DNA of 64,000 nucleotides from a virus (lineage: Duplodnaviria > Caudoviricetes), in the IMG/VR virus record IMGVR_UViG_3300028628_000004. The stretch is one strand, 5' to 3'. Positions 36,528 to 46,564 of the stretch are shown in pieces. Under the pieces are notes generated by a model. The model had not been told where the DNA came from, searched no databases, and saw nothing but the letters and a program-made list of their open reading frames with translations. Every line of letters starts with the position of its first letter. The first letter of the stretch is position 1. The position numbers and the translations under genes were made by a program.

Positions 36528-37514
36528 CTATACAGGGTATTTATAATTTACATAATAATCAATAGACGAGACAAATTCATCTTTTATATTGCCATATACA
36601 TATTCGACAGACGGTTGAATGGCATACATCTTGTCATGTCCCTTTCTGTCCTCTATATATTCTACAGTGGTATCTATGTTATGATTGTCCTTAAGTATTC
36701 CTCTCCACATATCGACTACTTCGTTGTTAGTTAAAAGAGACTGCGATGCGCCTAGATGAATGGTTGTGTTGTTAACTTTATCATCCATTAAAATATTATA
36801 TATGTGCTTGACCGTCTGACTTACTGGAGTCCATTGTCTTATATTTTTTCCTTCGCCGTAAATTTTTATAGGCAATCCACCTACAGCCCTTTTTATTGTT
36901 GCTGGTAACATCTTTTCATGATGTTGGTGAGGTCCGAATTGATTAGCCATTCGAACAGTTACTACATTAAGACCAAAAGTGTGATTCATTGATCTTAGGT
37001 AACAATCCTGGGCAGCCTTACTTGCGGCATATGGGTTATTAGGCAAAAAAGGAGAGTCTGGTTTAAACCACTTTGAATAATCATCTTTTAAATTGTAGTC
37101 TAAGTCGCCATATACTTCATCGGTACTTATATGGACAAATTTACTTATATTTTCTTTTCCTGCCCATGATATAAGATTGGATACTATACATGCGTTATCG
37201 TTATATATAGAGTATGGCGACGATATGCTATTATCCACATGGGACTCAGAGGCAAAATTTACTATATCAAATTCGGAGTTTTTAACTTTGTTTGGAATTG
37301 GAAATGCGTAAAGATTATTAATATTCATTTCAATATTAATAAATTTCTCACTGGTTGCGGTAAGTCTATAATACTCGGATTTGTTATTTTTAGTAGCGTA
37401 TCCCATCTTGTCAATAAATATAACATTTTCATAACCTCTTAAGGGCAAGAAATGTTTTACAAAATTGAATCCTATGAATCCGGCACCACCAGTTATTATC
37501 AGTATTTTTTTCAT
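36528..37514 (-). CDS. rmlB: dTDP-glucose 4,6-dehydratase
   Basis: TGGAGFIG, ASESHVD, HISTDEVYG, YAASK, DRKGHD; start moved to 37514. Confidence 0.92.
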   Translation of the reverse strand: MKKILIITGGAGFIGFNFVKHFLPLRGYENVIFIDKMGYATKNNKSEYYRLTATSEKFINIEMNINNLYAFPIPNKVKNSEFDIVNFASESHVDNSISSPYSIYNDNACIVSNLISWAGKENISKFVHISTDEVYGDLDYNLKDDYSKWFKPDSPFLPNNPYAASKAAQDCYLRSMNHTFGLNVVTVRMANQFGPHQHHEKMLPATIKRAVGGLPIKIYGEGKNIRQWTPVSQTVKHIYNILMDDKVNNTTIHLGASQSLLTNNEVVDMWRGILKDNHNIDTTVEYIEDRKGHDKMYAIQPSVEYVYGNIKDEFVSSIDYYVNYKYPV

Positions 37515-37530
37515 TTCATAATTATACCAT

Positions 37531-37566
37531 AAAATAAAACCACCCACGGAGATTCCGTAGGTGGTG
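37531..37566 (-). terminator. Intrinsic terminator after gp32
   Basis: ACCACCTACGGA-ATC-TCCGTGGGTGGT-TTTATTTT. Confidence 0.8.
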
Positions 37567-37630
37567 TGAGCCAACGCAGCCCAACTTTAGCAACGGTGAA
37601 AGGAAACCGAAAATCCGCTGCTGTTATATT

Positions 37631-38599
37631 TTAGAACGGAGGTTCGCCATCATCGAAATTGATTTTGTCTATATCAATTTCATCTTCAGGTGGCTTACCA
37701 GCGGGCTTAGGTTTTGACACTGGCTTTACTGGGGCTTCACCAACCTCTACTAAAGAAGCATCTGGTTCGACTTTTCGCTCGACCTGTCGTGGAGAATCAG
37801 AGTCACGCAAAAGAGTCTGAGAAGATCCAGCACGAACATCTTCAATCTTCTTTCCTTCGAGGATAGCCTTGAGTTCATCGTAAGGGCGAACCTTCTGTTC
37901 GAGAACCGTCTTGCGAAGATCATAAATCTTTTCGTGAATTGCGTCCAAGGTTTCATCATCTTCAACTAAACGGCTCTTTTCGCGAGCAAAATCGCTTGAG
38001 TCAAAGTTATTGAAGCCACCGACCTTCTTGATAACAAGGTTAAAGTCATATCCTTCCTCGACATCCCAGAAGAACATCTTATGCATGGTAAGAGCTTCAG
38101 AAAGCTTGTCCATGACTTTTGGACCGAATTCCCAAATCAAAACCTTTCCGGTCTGATTTGCTTCTCCCTTACGAGGGTCTGACTTGACATACACATTTAC
38201 ATGCCAACGCTTCTTTCTCCAGAATGTGCGACCAATATCTTCACTGGTCTTGTCGCCCTTGGCGAACCACATCTTTGAATGCTCGCAAATTGGACACTTA
38301 GCCTTTTCATCATGCGTGGACGGGCAAATCTGATAAGTATTCTTTTCAGATCCCTTGGGCTTGAAGATGTGGACTCTGTTTTCTACCCAAGGCTCATCAA
38401 CGCCGTCGTTGACATGAACATTTGGAAGTATTCTTATTTGATATACCGAACGCGCTTCGCCCTTTACTATATCAGGCTGAAATTTGTAGTCGAACTTCTT
38501 TTCTTCGACTGCTGGCTTCTTTGCGCCTTCTTTCTTTTCTATGAACCTCTGACGAAGTTCTTCAAATTGTGATTTGGTGGTTGTTGCGAATTTACTCAT
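37631..38599 (-). CDS. gp32: Single-stranded DNA-binding protein (gp32)
   Basis: IRILP, CPST...CPICE, NVYVKSDP, GKVLIWEFG, NFDSS, acidic tail. Confidence 0.92.
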   Translation of the reverse strand: MSKFATTTKSQFEELRQRFIEKKEGAKKPAVEEKKFDYKFQPDIVKGEARSVYQIRILPNVHVNDGVDEPWVENRVHIFKPKGSEKNTYQICPSTHDEKAKCPICEHSKMWFAKGDKTSEDIGRTFWRKKRWHVNVYVKSDPRKGEANQTGKVLIWEFGPKVMDKLSEALTMHKMFFWDVEEGYDFNLVIKKVGGFNNFDSSDFAREKSRLVEDDETLDAIHEKIYDLRKTVLEQKVRPYDELKAILEGKKIEDVRAGSSQTLLRDSDSPRQVERKVEPDASLVEVGEAPVKPVSKPKPAGKPPEDEIDIDKINFDDGEPPF

Positions 38600-38735
38600 A
38601 GTTTTTTCCTTCTTGTTTTATTATCTTTTGTTTTTTCTATTAGTCAAACTCTAAGTTACTTACTAAGATTCTAATTTGACTTCTAAAATTCTTCTATGTA
38701 CTTATGATGGAGGACCGCCCTCCAACCTTTTATAT

Positions 38736-39125
38736 TTATACCTCTCCTTCAAGCGTCTTGCGTTCAACATCAAGGTTCCTGTTGAGGGCTAACTCTTCAG
38801 TAAACTTTTCTGGATATCTCTTAGAAAGCTTGGCTATATTCTTTTCCCATATTTCTTCGAAGGTGACACCAAGCTCATCACACATAATAGCAAGATACCA
38901 AAAGACATCCCCGATTTCTTCCTTCATATTAACATGATCAAATGGCTTACCGTATATCTTTGTCTTCTTGAGAGCATCCATACACTCCCCTGCTTCTGTA
39001 ACAAGTCCCATAGCAGCGTGTTCAATTCTAGGCGGCACCCAGTGGTTTTTTGATTTAAGAATGGCGAACTGGTATTCACCGACTTCAGTTCTCTTTGCTT
39101 TTTCTATATATTCTTTTGAGTTCAT
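38736..39125 (-). CDS. MazG-like nucleotide pyrophosphohydrolase
   Basis: GLVTEAGE..D..KK, EEIGDVFWYL, N..KL..RYP. Confidence 0.88.
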   Translation of the reverse strand: MNSKEYIEKAKRTEVGEYQFAILKSKNHWVPPRIEHAAMGLVTEAGECMDALKKTKIYGKPFDHVNMKEEIGDVFWYLAIMCDELGVTFEEIWEKNIAKLSKRYPEKFTEELALNRNLDVERKTLEGEV

Positions 39126-39126
39126 A

Positions 39127-39405
39127 TTAATCCTTTGATTTATTCTCATAGCGGTCTATCGCCGCTTTCCTTATAGATAGTTTATTACATTTATTAAGTT
39201 TTTCAAATGCTTCTCGGTCTGACATTCTAAGCCATGATTTTATAGACATAACAGCATCAAATATATTCATATTGTATTTGATGACACAGTGATTAACCAT
39301 TTTGTTATATGCTGTTTTCACTATGCTATGTATTTTGTTTGGGGATACCCTATACGCCTTAGCTATTTCTTCATAGGTATAGGTTTCTCTTCTTGTGTTT
39401 TTCAT
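39127..39405 (-). CDS. Small hypothetical protein (HTH-like)
   Basis: TYEEIAKAY; overlaps the gp41 stop. Confidence 0.55.
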   Translation of the reverse strand: MKNTRRETYTYEEIAKAYRVSPNKIHSIVKTAYNKMVNHCVIKYNMNIFDAVMSIKSWLRMSDREAFEKLNKCNKLSIRKAAIDRYENKSKD

Positions 39406-40790
39406 GGAGTTCCCTTTGACTGTTTTTGCATCTTATATTCTGTCAAAGCATCGACAGTTGCTTTATTCTGTGATTCTTGCTGTGACTCACGAGTATCTGT
39501 AAGGCGCATATAATCATAGTCAACATGAATGGCAAACTTCGCTCCGTTACGCGACCATCTACTCTTGGCAACCGTCCAATTCATTATGTTATTGCTATCA
39601 CCTTCTGCGTCTCTCGTGACCATTATCATAACGTCTGCTGACATAGGGATTCCCATTGAATCACTTGTTTTTTCTAGACCAACGTCATTTGTTTTGTATC
39701 CCTCTCTATTAAGCTGAACCGCAGAAAATAATGGAATCTTATGTAATGAAGATACTGCTCTAAGTTCCTCAGATACGGTCTTCATTCTTCCATAGGTATT
39801 ATCCGCAAACGATTTTCCGTTTGGTATCATAAGACCAATATAATCGACTACAATGAAGTCAGGCTTAAAGTTTTTCTTAAGTTGAAGCTCCCTAAGAAGT
39901 GATAATATTCCAGTAGCATTAAGATATCCCGGAGCATATTCTTTAATGAGTAGCCGACCCACCAGAGGGATAGTTGGGTCTGTCTTATGGGCTTCCTCCC
40001 TCTGACTTCTATATGATGATATACGGCGATATAACTCGTCCACATCATTTGACAATTCTGACATCTTTGTTTCAGTCAGATTGGCGTCTATTCTATTTGC
40101 TAGTATATGTTCGTTAATCTCAAGGGTAATATATAATCCATTGTATCCACGATCAATCAATTTGGCGGTTAAATCTCCCATGATAAGAGTTTTACCAACA
40201 TTAGTAGCAGCGCCAAATATTATAAGAGACTTGTTTCTCCAGCCGCCACCTATTGCCTCGTCCAACTTATTAAGACCAGATGGAATTACTGTAGCGGGAT
40301 TTCTCATCTCTTCCATACGAAGCTTCATGTCTTCCCAATAATCAAGACCAAGGTTATCATCAAAGTTAATTTCCATAACCTTCATAACACGAGCAACGGC
40401 TTCATCCATGTTGCCCCTTTCCATAAGATTAACAGCATCTACCATCGCGGTTTCAAGTTTCTTACGCTTTATGAAAGTCTTGGTTTCGTCGCTAACCCAC
40501 GATGAAAAGTCTTTAACGTCATCCAACGACCTACATTGCTGGATGACATCTATACACGCATCTATGCTTTCCATATCATTCTTCAGGTATTTTGGTAATA
40601 GTGCTTGTGTTATTTGATCTACAGTTGGAATCTTGTTATAGGTTGCATAAAAGCGATCTATAACATGAATTACTCTTCCTATAGGTTCCTCAAAGAACTT
40701 ATGCTCAATTTTATCAAGATACTTTGCAGAATAAGATACATCTGATAGCAATGCTTTCAAAATGTAAAGCTCAGTATTATCTCCCATCAT
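39402..40790 (-). CDS. gp41: Replicative helicase (gp41, DnaB-like)
   Basis: AATNVGKT, ITLE, DYIGL, QLNR, SDSMG, KSR. Confidence 0.93.
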   Translation of the reverse strand: MMGDNTELYILKALLSDVSYSAKYLDKIEHKFFEEPIGRVIHVIDRFYATYNKIPTVDQITQALLPKYLKNDMESIDACIDVIQQCRSLDDVKDFSSWVSDETKTFIKRKKLETAMVDAVNLMERGNMDEAVARVMKVMEINFDDNLGLDYWEDMKLRMEEMRNPATVIPSGLNKLDEAIGGGWRNKSLIIFGAATNVGKTLIMGDLTAKLIDRGYNGLYITLEINEHILANRIDANLTETKMSELSNDVDELYRRISSYRSQREEAHKTDPTIPLVGRLLIKEYAPGYLNATGILSLLRELQLKKNFKPDFIVVDYIGLMIPNGKSFADNTYGRMKTVSEELRAVSSLHKIPLFSAVQLNREGYKTNDVGLEKTSDSMGIPMSADVMIMVTRDAEGDSNNIMNWTVAKSRWSRNGAKFAIHVDYDYMRLTDTRESQQESQNKATVDALTEYKMQKQSKGTP

Positions 40791-40839
40791 GTCTCCTTTT
40801 AAGTGATTTTAATATGATCCTACAGTTAATCAAATCTTC

Positions 40840-41991
40840 TTATTCTTCTGACTTATTTTCTGTAGCATCCGATTCATCGGGGAGTATTGCATTGCCATCT
40901 TCACCATAGGTGGAGTAAGCCATGGCTGCCTCTACTTTCTTCTGAAGCTCATCGAAGATGGGTTCCCACACTTCAGCAGTGTATAGATCCTTGGCAAAAA
41001 CATTCTTGTCAAGGTGCTTGACGAAAAATCCTCTTGCTGACTTTTCGAAGAAACCGAAACGGAGAGCGTCTTCAAGAAGACCGTGATATGGCTGTAGACC
41101 GTGCTTGAAGTGAAGGAGTGCCTCTGCCTTCATGCCTTCGGGGACGAATCTGTTCTTAACAGTTTCGAATACGATTCTATTTGCAACTTTTTCCTTGAAT
41201 GTCTTATTATCTTCCAAGGTTTTGGCGTCTTCTTTTATAGCATACTTCTTGATGCCAACAAGTGTTGAACACATGTATATAAATCCATTGCCGCCCTTGG
41301 GTACTTCTACAGGTGGTACATTTGGATTGGCACCCGGCTTTTCATATGAGTGATTGGTGATTACCATAGCCGCATTGCAGTTGGCAATCGTCTTTTGAAG
41401 GATTCTTGATGCTGCTGAGTACTGCTTGGCGCGGAGTCCCATATCCTGTGCGGTTCCGCCTTCTTCAGTATCGGCAATTTCTTTTTCGGTGAGAAGGTTA
41501 GCAAGCGAGTCAGTTACGACAAGCCACTTCTGCTCTGGATCTTCTTCATGGAGCTTGGTGAGAAGGTTGACTATATCAGTCTTCCACTGATTTATTGTCA
41601 TGGCTGACTGGTATAGTATAGATTCAACATTGACACCCAAGCGAGCATAGAAGTCAGTGTCAATAGCAGTTTCGGTTTCATAGAGAATGACACCATATCC
41701 TAACTTCTGTGCCTCTCGCATGATATTACCACAGATATACGACTTACCAACTCCTGGCATTCCCATAAATCCTGTTATACGAGAGTGAGCTATAGCCTTG
41801 CGATAAGATCCTGACATGATTCTATTGAGTGCATAACATCCAGTTGATATCCAAGTGTCAACATCTGGCAGTTTAGCCTCGTTGAACATTTCATATTCGT
41901 TTTGACTCTTGTTGCTCTTTATAAAGCTTTGGAACTTCTTTCTGATTTCAGCTTGTGAAGTTACTTTGGGGGTCGAATCTTTCTTAGCCAT
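40840..41991 (-). CDS. uvsX: RecA-like recombinase UvsX
   Basis: STG...LN..SG, GMPGVGKS, DSLANL, DMGLRAK, KNRF. Confidence 0.93.
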   Translation of the reverse strand: MAKKDSTPKVTSQAEIRKKFQSFIKSNKSQNEYEMFNEAKLPDVDTWISTGCYALNRIMSGSYRKAIAHSRITGFMGMPGVGKSYICGNIMREAQKLGYGVILYETETAIDTDFYARLGVNVESILYQSAMTINQWKTDIVNLLTKLHEEDPEQKWLVVTDSLANLLTEKEIADTEEGGTAQDMGLRAKQYSAASRILQKTIANCNAAMVITNHSYEKPGANPNVPPVEVPKGGNGFIYMCSTLVGIKKYAIKEDAKTLEDNKTFKEKVANRIVFETVKNRFVPEGMKAEALLHFKHGLQPYHGLLEDALRFGFFEKSARGFFVKHLDKNVFAKDLYTAEVWEPIFDELQKKVEAAMAYSTYGEDGNAILPDESDATENKSEE

Positions 41992-42069
41992 CTTGTTTTC
42001 TCCTATGTTGTTTTCTATACTTATATTATTCTTTTTTTTAGTTATAAGTCAAACGATTTATAAATAAGA

Positions 42070-44886
42070 TTACCAAACAAATAGACTCGTCATATCATGA
42101 CATTCGAAATCTGGCATATGCCATCCTAGCAATTCGAAGAATCTATTGAGCGGGGTCTGAACGGAAACTTCAAATTGTCTCTTACGATCAATTGATTCTT
42201 CAAATCCACGATCCTTAATCCACTTGTCTTTCCAGCCAAATACATCATGTCTCCAATGATGGTTCGGTTTGGCATAAACGAACATCATCTTATCACCGTC
42301 ATATATCTTGTCATATAGCTGGATTAAATCTGGATTTTCGCTAAGTAACTGATTGTAGATTATAGCAGCACGAACCTGAATAGGAGTTGACTTGAACTTA
42401 CCATCTTCAATCATCTTTTCCCTGTATTTTGTAACATTATTAGCAGCACGGGGGAAAGCAATTACTGTTGGATCTGCTGTCATGAAGTCAGCGTGAACCT
42501 TGCGAATTTCTTCGATTGTAAACTTCTCATCTAATTTGACGAGAATATCCTTGACAATCTGCTTTAATCCATTGCGGACGAATGATGGAGTTGACGATCT
42601 TACGATGTCAAATCCAGTAACCTTGAGTCTCTTCTTCTCAGGAAGCTCGACGCCTTCGGAGTTAAGAACCCACATAACATATTTCTTACGCTCAAGGAAA
42701 ATAGCTCTTGTAGCAACCGCCTCTCGCTTGAAGTATATAAGATTTTCTTGACAATTGAAGTGACCCATAGTGAGTGACTTCATTGCCTTGTTGATAATGC
42801 TTCCAACAAAGTTTTGTAAGGAGTCTGATTTTTCTTCTATGGACTCTCGTTCACTTTGGACGATCTTCTCTATTTCTTCGGCGTTGTTTTCTGCAATAAA
42901 CTTGACAAGCTGCTTCGAAGTGTCATTGTCTTTCTTTATAATACTATGTTTAATATCTTCTGTGAATTCGTCATTGGTCTTTTCAGTATTATAGATGATG
43001 AAATTCTTTACAGCCTCTTGGGGCTTGCTCTCAGCATCATATCCCATTGAATCGAATATCTTGCCAAAGTCAACATACACAGAGTCGGTATCAGCGTATA
43101 TGATACCATCTTCAGCGACCTTCTGTGGCTTGTACTTCTTATTAGCGAGCCATCGGGGACTATTGAAGTATCCTTTGATTGATGATTCGGTTGTCATGGT
43201 AACATATCTTGCCGACATGGTTACAGCAACCGCGTTGTCCCAATCGAAGAATCTGGAGTAAGGAGTTCCAAGATATCCATAAACCGAGTTAATAAGAATC
43301 TTAAAGTTCAACTGGATAGCATGCCAATACTCAGCTTGTTCCTTATTGCGATTCTTCTCAGCGGCAAGCATCTTTTTCTTGGCTGCCTTACGCTTGTCGA
43401 ACCACTCTTTGACGAATCTTGCGATAATACCACGAACATCGTTACGATATATAGCTCCGTTGGCTGCAAGACACCACTTCTTTTCTTTCATCACGGCAGC
43501 AAGTTCAGAACGCATGATTGGTTGATTTAGCAGTCGAGTTTCTTTATCTTCTGCTTCGTGACCAGCAATCATCTTCATAAGTGGCTTAACATCATCCTGA
43601 CTTAACACGCCAATCTTAGTTTCTGGTGATATATTCCATCCCATCATGATGGAAGGGTAAAGCGATGTTGCGTCAAAGCTCAGAACCCACTTGTGTAAGC
43701 CAGCTATAGGCTGCTTGACATATCCACCAATATACTTTTCTGGGTTAAGCTTCATCTTTTCAATGGTTGCTCTGTTTACATCAGGAAGAACAACCTTTTC
43801 TTCAGCGAGCTTAGAAAGGAATGCTCCGTCCAAAACACGAGTGGTTTTCTGGTATTGTTCAAACGGAACACGACATCCATAGCAGAAAGTAACAAGGAGT
43901 GGAATAAACTTCTTTTTGTCTTCAAGTTTCCTGAGAAGACGAACGTCTTGAACGTTATATTCCACATACTGTTGCCAGTGATTATTGTGTAGATCGGCAA
44001 GCGAACCCTGATATTCGTTCTTTGTTTCGCCAATTTCAATTTGAGTTATATACCCAAGCTTCCATGACTCTTGCTCTGAGAAAGTATAGTTTTGATATAT
44101 TTCAAGCATGTCTAGGCAATTAATGCCAATTATTTCATACTTGTCTTCGATAATTTCATCTTCTCTTTGATGTTTCTTGTGGATTATTCCGACCGGACTT
44201 ATATCGGCTGCCCCATCAAATGTTGTCCATCCTTTTTCGTTTTCTTCATATCCAAATAACTTACGAGCGCGATTTATAATATAAGGAATGTCGAATCCAT
44301 TAGAATGCCAGCCCGTTATAATGTCTGGATGTTCCTGTCTTGTCCAATTCATGTAAGCCTTGATCATTTCATCTTCACGACTGAAGATAAATTTTTGACA
44401 AGACTCGCCAGCCTTTGTTATAAATGATTCATCAAAATCTTTTTCAGCAAATATGAAAAACTTATTATGCTTGGTTGACCATACTGTAATGATAGTTATA
44501 GGAAAGTTAGCATGTTCGGGTTTTGGGAACCCCTCTTCGGAATGAACCTCAATATCAAGATAATGAATGTCGAAGTTGGGGACTTTAAGCTCCATTCCCA
44601 TGTAATGATCAACGATAAACTTATTTTCTACCGAAATATCAGACTCAAATAGATGCTTTCCCCATTCTTGGTACTTTTCTATTTTTTCTTTATGTTGACG
44701 CCATGTTGTTGACTCTATACGACGGGCTGGGTCGCCGTAGATAGTCCTGTATTCGGATTCTGTATTAGTGTCTTGAAGATAAAAATACAGAGGGGGAGGG
44801 GCTGATCTTTCAACCTTTACTCCGTTTTCATATTCCCAGTAAATCAGTTTACTGTGTTGTTTGTCGAAATAACATGAACTATACAT
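42070..44886 (-). CDS. gp43: Family B DNA polymerase (gp43)
   Basis: DIE, FDIPY, YNVQD, FDATSLYPS, KILINSVYG, YADTDS, KKY. Confidence 0.97.
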   Translation of the reverse strand: MYSSCYFDKQHSKLIYWEYENGVKVERSAPPPLYFYLQDTNTESEYRTIYGDPARRIESTTWRQHKEKIEKYQEWGKHLFESDISVENKFIVDHYMGMELKVPNFDIHYLDIEVHSEEGFPKPEHANFPITIITVWSTKHNKFFIFAEKDFDESFITKAGESCQKFIFSREDEMIKAYMNWTRQEHPDIITGWHSNGFDIPYIINRARKLFGYEENEKGWTTFDGAADISPVGIIHKKHQREDEIIEDKYEIIGINCLDMLEIYQNYTFSEQESWKLGYITQIEIGETKNEYQGSLADLHNNHWQQYVEYNVQDVRLLRKLEDKKKFIPLLVTFCYGCRVPFEQYQKTTRVLDGAFLSKLAEEKVVLPDVNRATIEKMKLNPEKYIGGYVKQPIAGLHKWVLSFDATSLYPSIMMGWNISPETKIGVLSQDDVKPLMKMIAGHEAEDKETRLLNQPIMRSELAAVMKEKKWCLAANGAIYRNDVRGIIARFVKEWFDKRKAAKKKMLAAEKNRNKEQAEYWHAIQLNFKILINSVYGYLGTPYSRFFDWDNAVAVTMSARYVTMTTESSIKGYFNSPRWLANKKYKPQKVAEDGIIYADTDSVYVDFGKIFDSMGYDAESKPQEAVKNFIIYNTEKTNDEFTEDIKHSIIKKDNDTSKQLVKFIAENNAEEIEKIVQSERESIEEKSDSLQNFVGSIINKAMKSLTMGHFNCQENLIYFKREAVATRAIFLERKKYVMWVLNSEGVELPEKKRLKVTGFDIVRSSTPSFVRNGLKQIVKDILVKLDEKFTIEEIRKVHADFMTADPTVIAFPRAANNVTKYREKMIEDGKFKSTPIQVRAAIIYNQLLSENPDLIQLYDKIYDGDKMMFVYAKPNHHWRHDVFGWKDKWIKDRGFEESIDRKRQFEVSVQTPLNRFFELLGWHMPDFECHDMTSLFVW

Positions 44887-44952
44887 ATTGTCTCCTTACA
44901 TCATATATGTAAAAAGACATAAATCAATACTTAGTTTAAATTATGATAAATA

Positions 44953-46017
44953 TTACTTTTCGTATATTGATTTATATAAACCGATATTAGATTCGGACTC
45001 TAGCCATCTTTTGTCTAGCTCTACCTTGCCTGCATTTAGAGTCGATTGCCAAGTCGCATCATCCTTATAATGTTTCATTATAGCTGAATACCACATATCG
45101 ACTTTATTTTCAATAGTGCATGTATTTGGTATGATATCATATGGTCCAATTTTATTTCCTATAGACGATGCTATTGTTGGAATGCCCAAGGCAGAATATT
45201 CCAGTAATTTAAGGTCGCTTTTTCCGTAGTTAAACTGGATGTCGGTTATTGGGGAAATTGCTATATCAGCATCAATAGAATCTAATCTTGCAGCATAGTC
45301 ATAAATGTTGGACCATTCATGGTATTCTATCATACCTTCCAAGTCAAATGGCTTACATCCAAAAAATACCCACTGTATTTCCTTGTGTGTTTTCTTTATT
45401 AGTGGTATAAGGAACTCTAAGTCGCCTCCTTTGCCTAAGTGTGAGGCAGATCCAGCCCATAGCACTCTTGGTCTATTATTAGCGTCTTTCTTCCTCTTAT
45501 CTCTCTTTCCGCACCCATACCACATATGTTTAGGTAAAAAGTTAGGAATTACCACGGAATTCTTTATTCCAAAATTATCATCGTAATATCTCTTTAGATA
45601 ATTCGTAGAGAAAGTAACAATATCACTCATGTTAAATATTTCAACAAGATTGTTCTTTCTCGTAGGTGTATAGAACTGGTAAGCCATTATATTATTTGGC
45701 ATGATGCCATGAACAAGATCGTCAAGTTCATATGCTATTTTACCTTTAGGGTTATGTTTCTTTAATTGCAGCTTGTATTGATGCATTATCTTTTTTTGGG
45801 CTTCCGTTACTTGTCTCTGGAATCGTATCCAATTAGCCCTTCTTATATAATTCATGTCATAGAAGAAAGCATAAAACTCAGATATATGAAATTCGGGGTA
45901 TTTTGTTGCTAAATACCTAAATGGAAGGAATGTTCTATAAAACCCACATCCGTTCTTGTCTGATGGAAAAAGAAGGAGCGACTTTGGTGGGACTTTATTT
46001 TGCATTATTCTCTCCAA
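44953..46017 (-). CDS. GT-B (GT4-like) glycosyltransferase
   Basis: GCGFYR, YELDD, WAGSASH, FNYGKSDLKLLEY. Confidence 0.8.
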   Translation of the reverse strand: MERIMQNKVPPKSLLLFPSDKNGCGFYRTFLPFRYLATKYPEFHISEFYAFFYDMNYIRRANWIRFQRQVTEAQKKIMHQYKLQLKKHNPKGKIAYELDDLVHGIMPNNIMAYQFYTPTRKNNLVEIFNMSDIVTFSTNYLKRYYDDNFGIKNSVVIPNFLPKHMWYGCGKRDKRKKDANNRPRVLWAGSASHLGKGGDLEFLIPLIKKTHKEIQWVFFGCKPFDLEGMIEYHEWSNIYDYAARLDSIDADIAISPITDIQFNYGKSDLKLLEYSALGIPTIASSIGNKIGPYDIIPNTCTIENKVDMWYSAIMKHYKDDATWQSTLNAGKVELDKRWLESESNIGLYKSIYEK

Positions 46018-46080
46018 AAATATATATTATGTTATAATCATTATATCAGGTAGATAAATTTTCAACAAGGATAAACACTT

Positions 46081-46542
46081 ATGGCAACAAAGAAAAAGAT
46101 AGTTTTACGCAAACGCCACCCATCCTCGGATAAAACAAGGTATTATATTGATAAAGAAGAATATAATTCTGAAGTTATAAAATACATTGATACTGGTAAA
46201 GCTTCCGAAAGACTTGGGGAGTTGTTTACTTTACATGTTGATAAGTATGGGTCAATGGCATGTTTTAAGGGATATACTTATCTTGATGAGATGAAGTCCC
46301 AGGCTAGATTATTCTTACTTAAATATAGTAGGTCATTTGATCCAAACTATGCCACAAAAAACGGAAAGAAGAAAAATGCCTTTTCGTATTGCACAACTAT
46401 AATTCACAATGCGTTTCTTCAGATAATACTCAGAGAAAAGAAGCATTCTATACTTAAGGATAAACTCATAAAAGATCAAGATAGAATAAATTATGATCTT
46501 GAAAGATTCTCTATACTTAATCAAATAACAATTGATGAATAA
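46081..46542 (+). CDS. gp55: Late-transcription sigma factor (gp55)
   Basis: YYID, FKGYTYLDEM, FDP, NAFSYCTTIIHNAFL..I.REKK; upstream of gp47/46. Confidence 0.9.
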   Translation: MATKKKIVLRKRHPSSDKTRYYIDKEEYNSEVIKYIDTGKASERLGELFTLHVDKYGSMACFKGYTYLDEMKSQARLFLLKYSRSFDPNYATKNGKKKNAFSYCTTIIHNAFLQIILREKKHSILKDKLIKDQDRINYDLERFSILNQITIDE

Positions 46543-46564
46543 ATTAATTGTTGTAAAATAAAGC

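Noticed and set aside
39127-39405. gp33 late coactivator assignment
   Set aside because: Only a faint resemblance; not supportable without a profile search.
42800-43030. Extra charged segment after YADTDS in the DNA polymerase, considered as an intein
   Set aside because: No C/S start, no HN-C/S/T end and no LAGLIDADG motifs; more likely a helical insertion.
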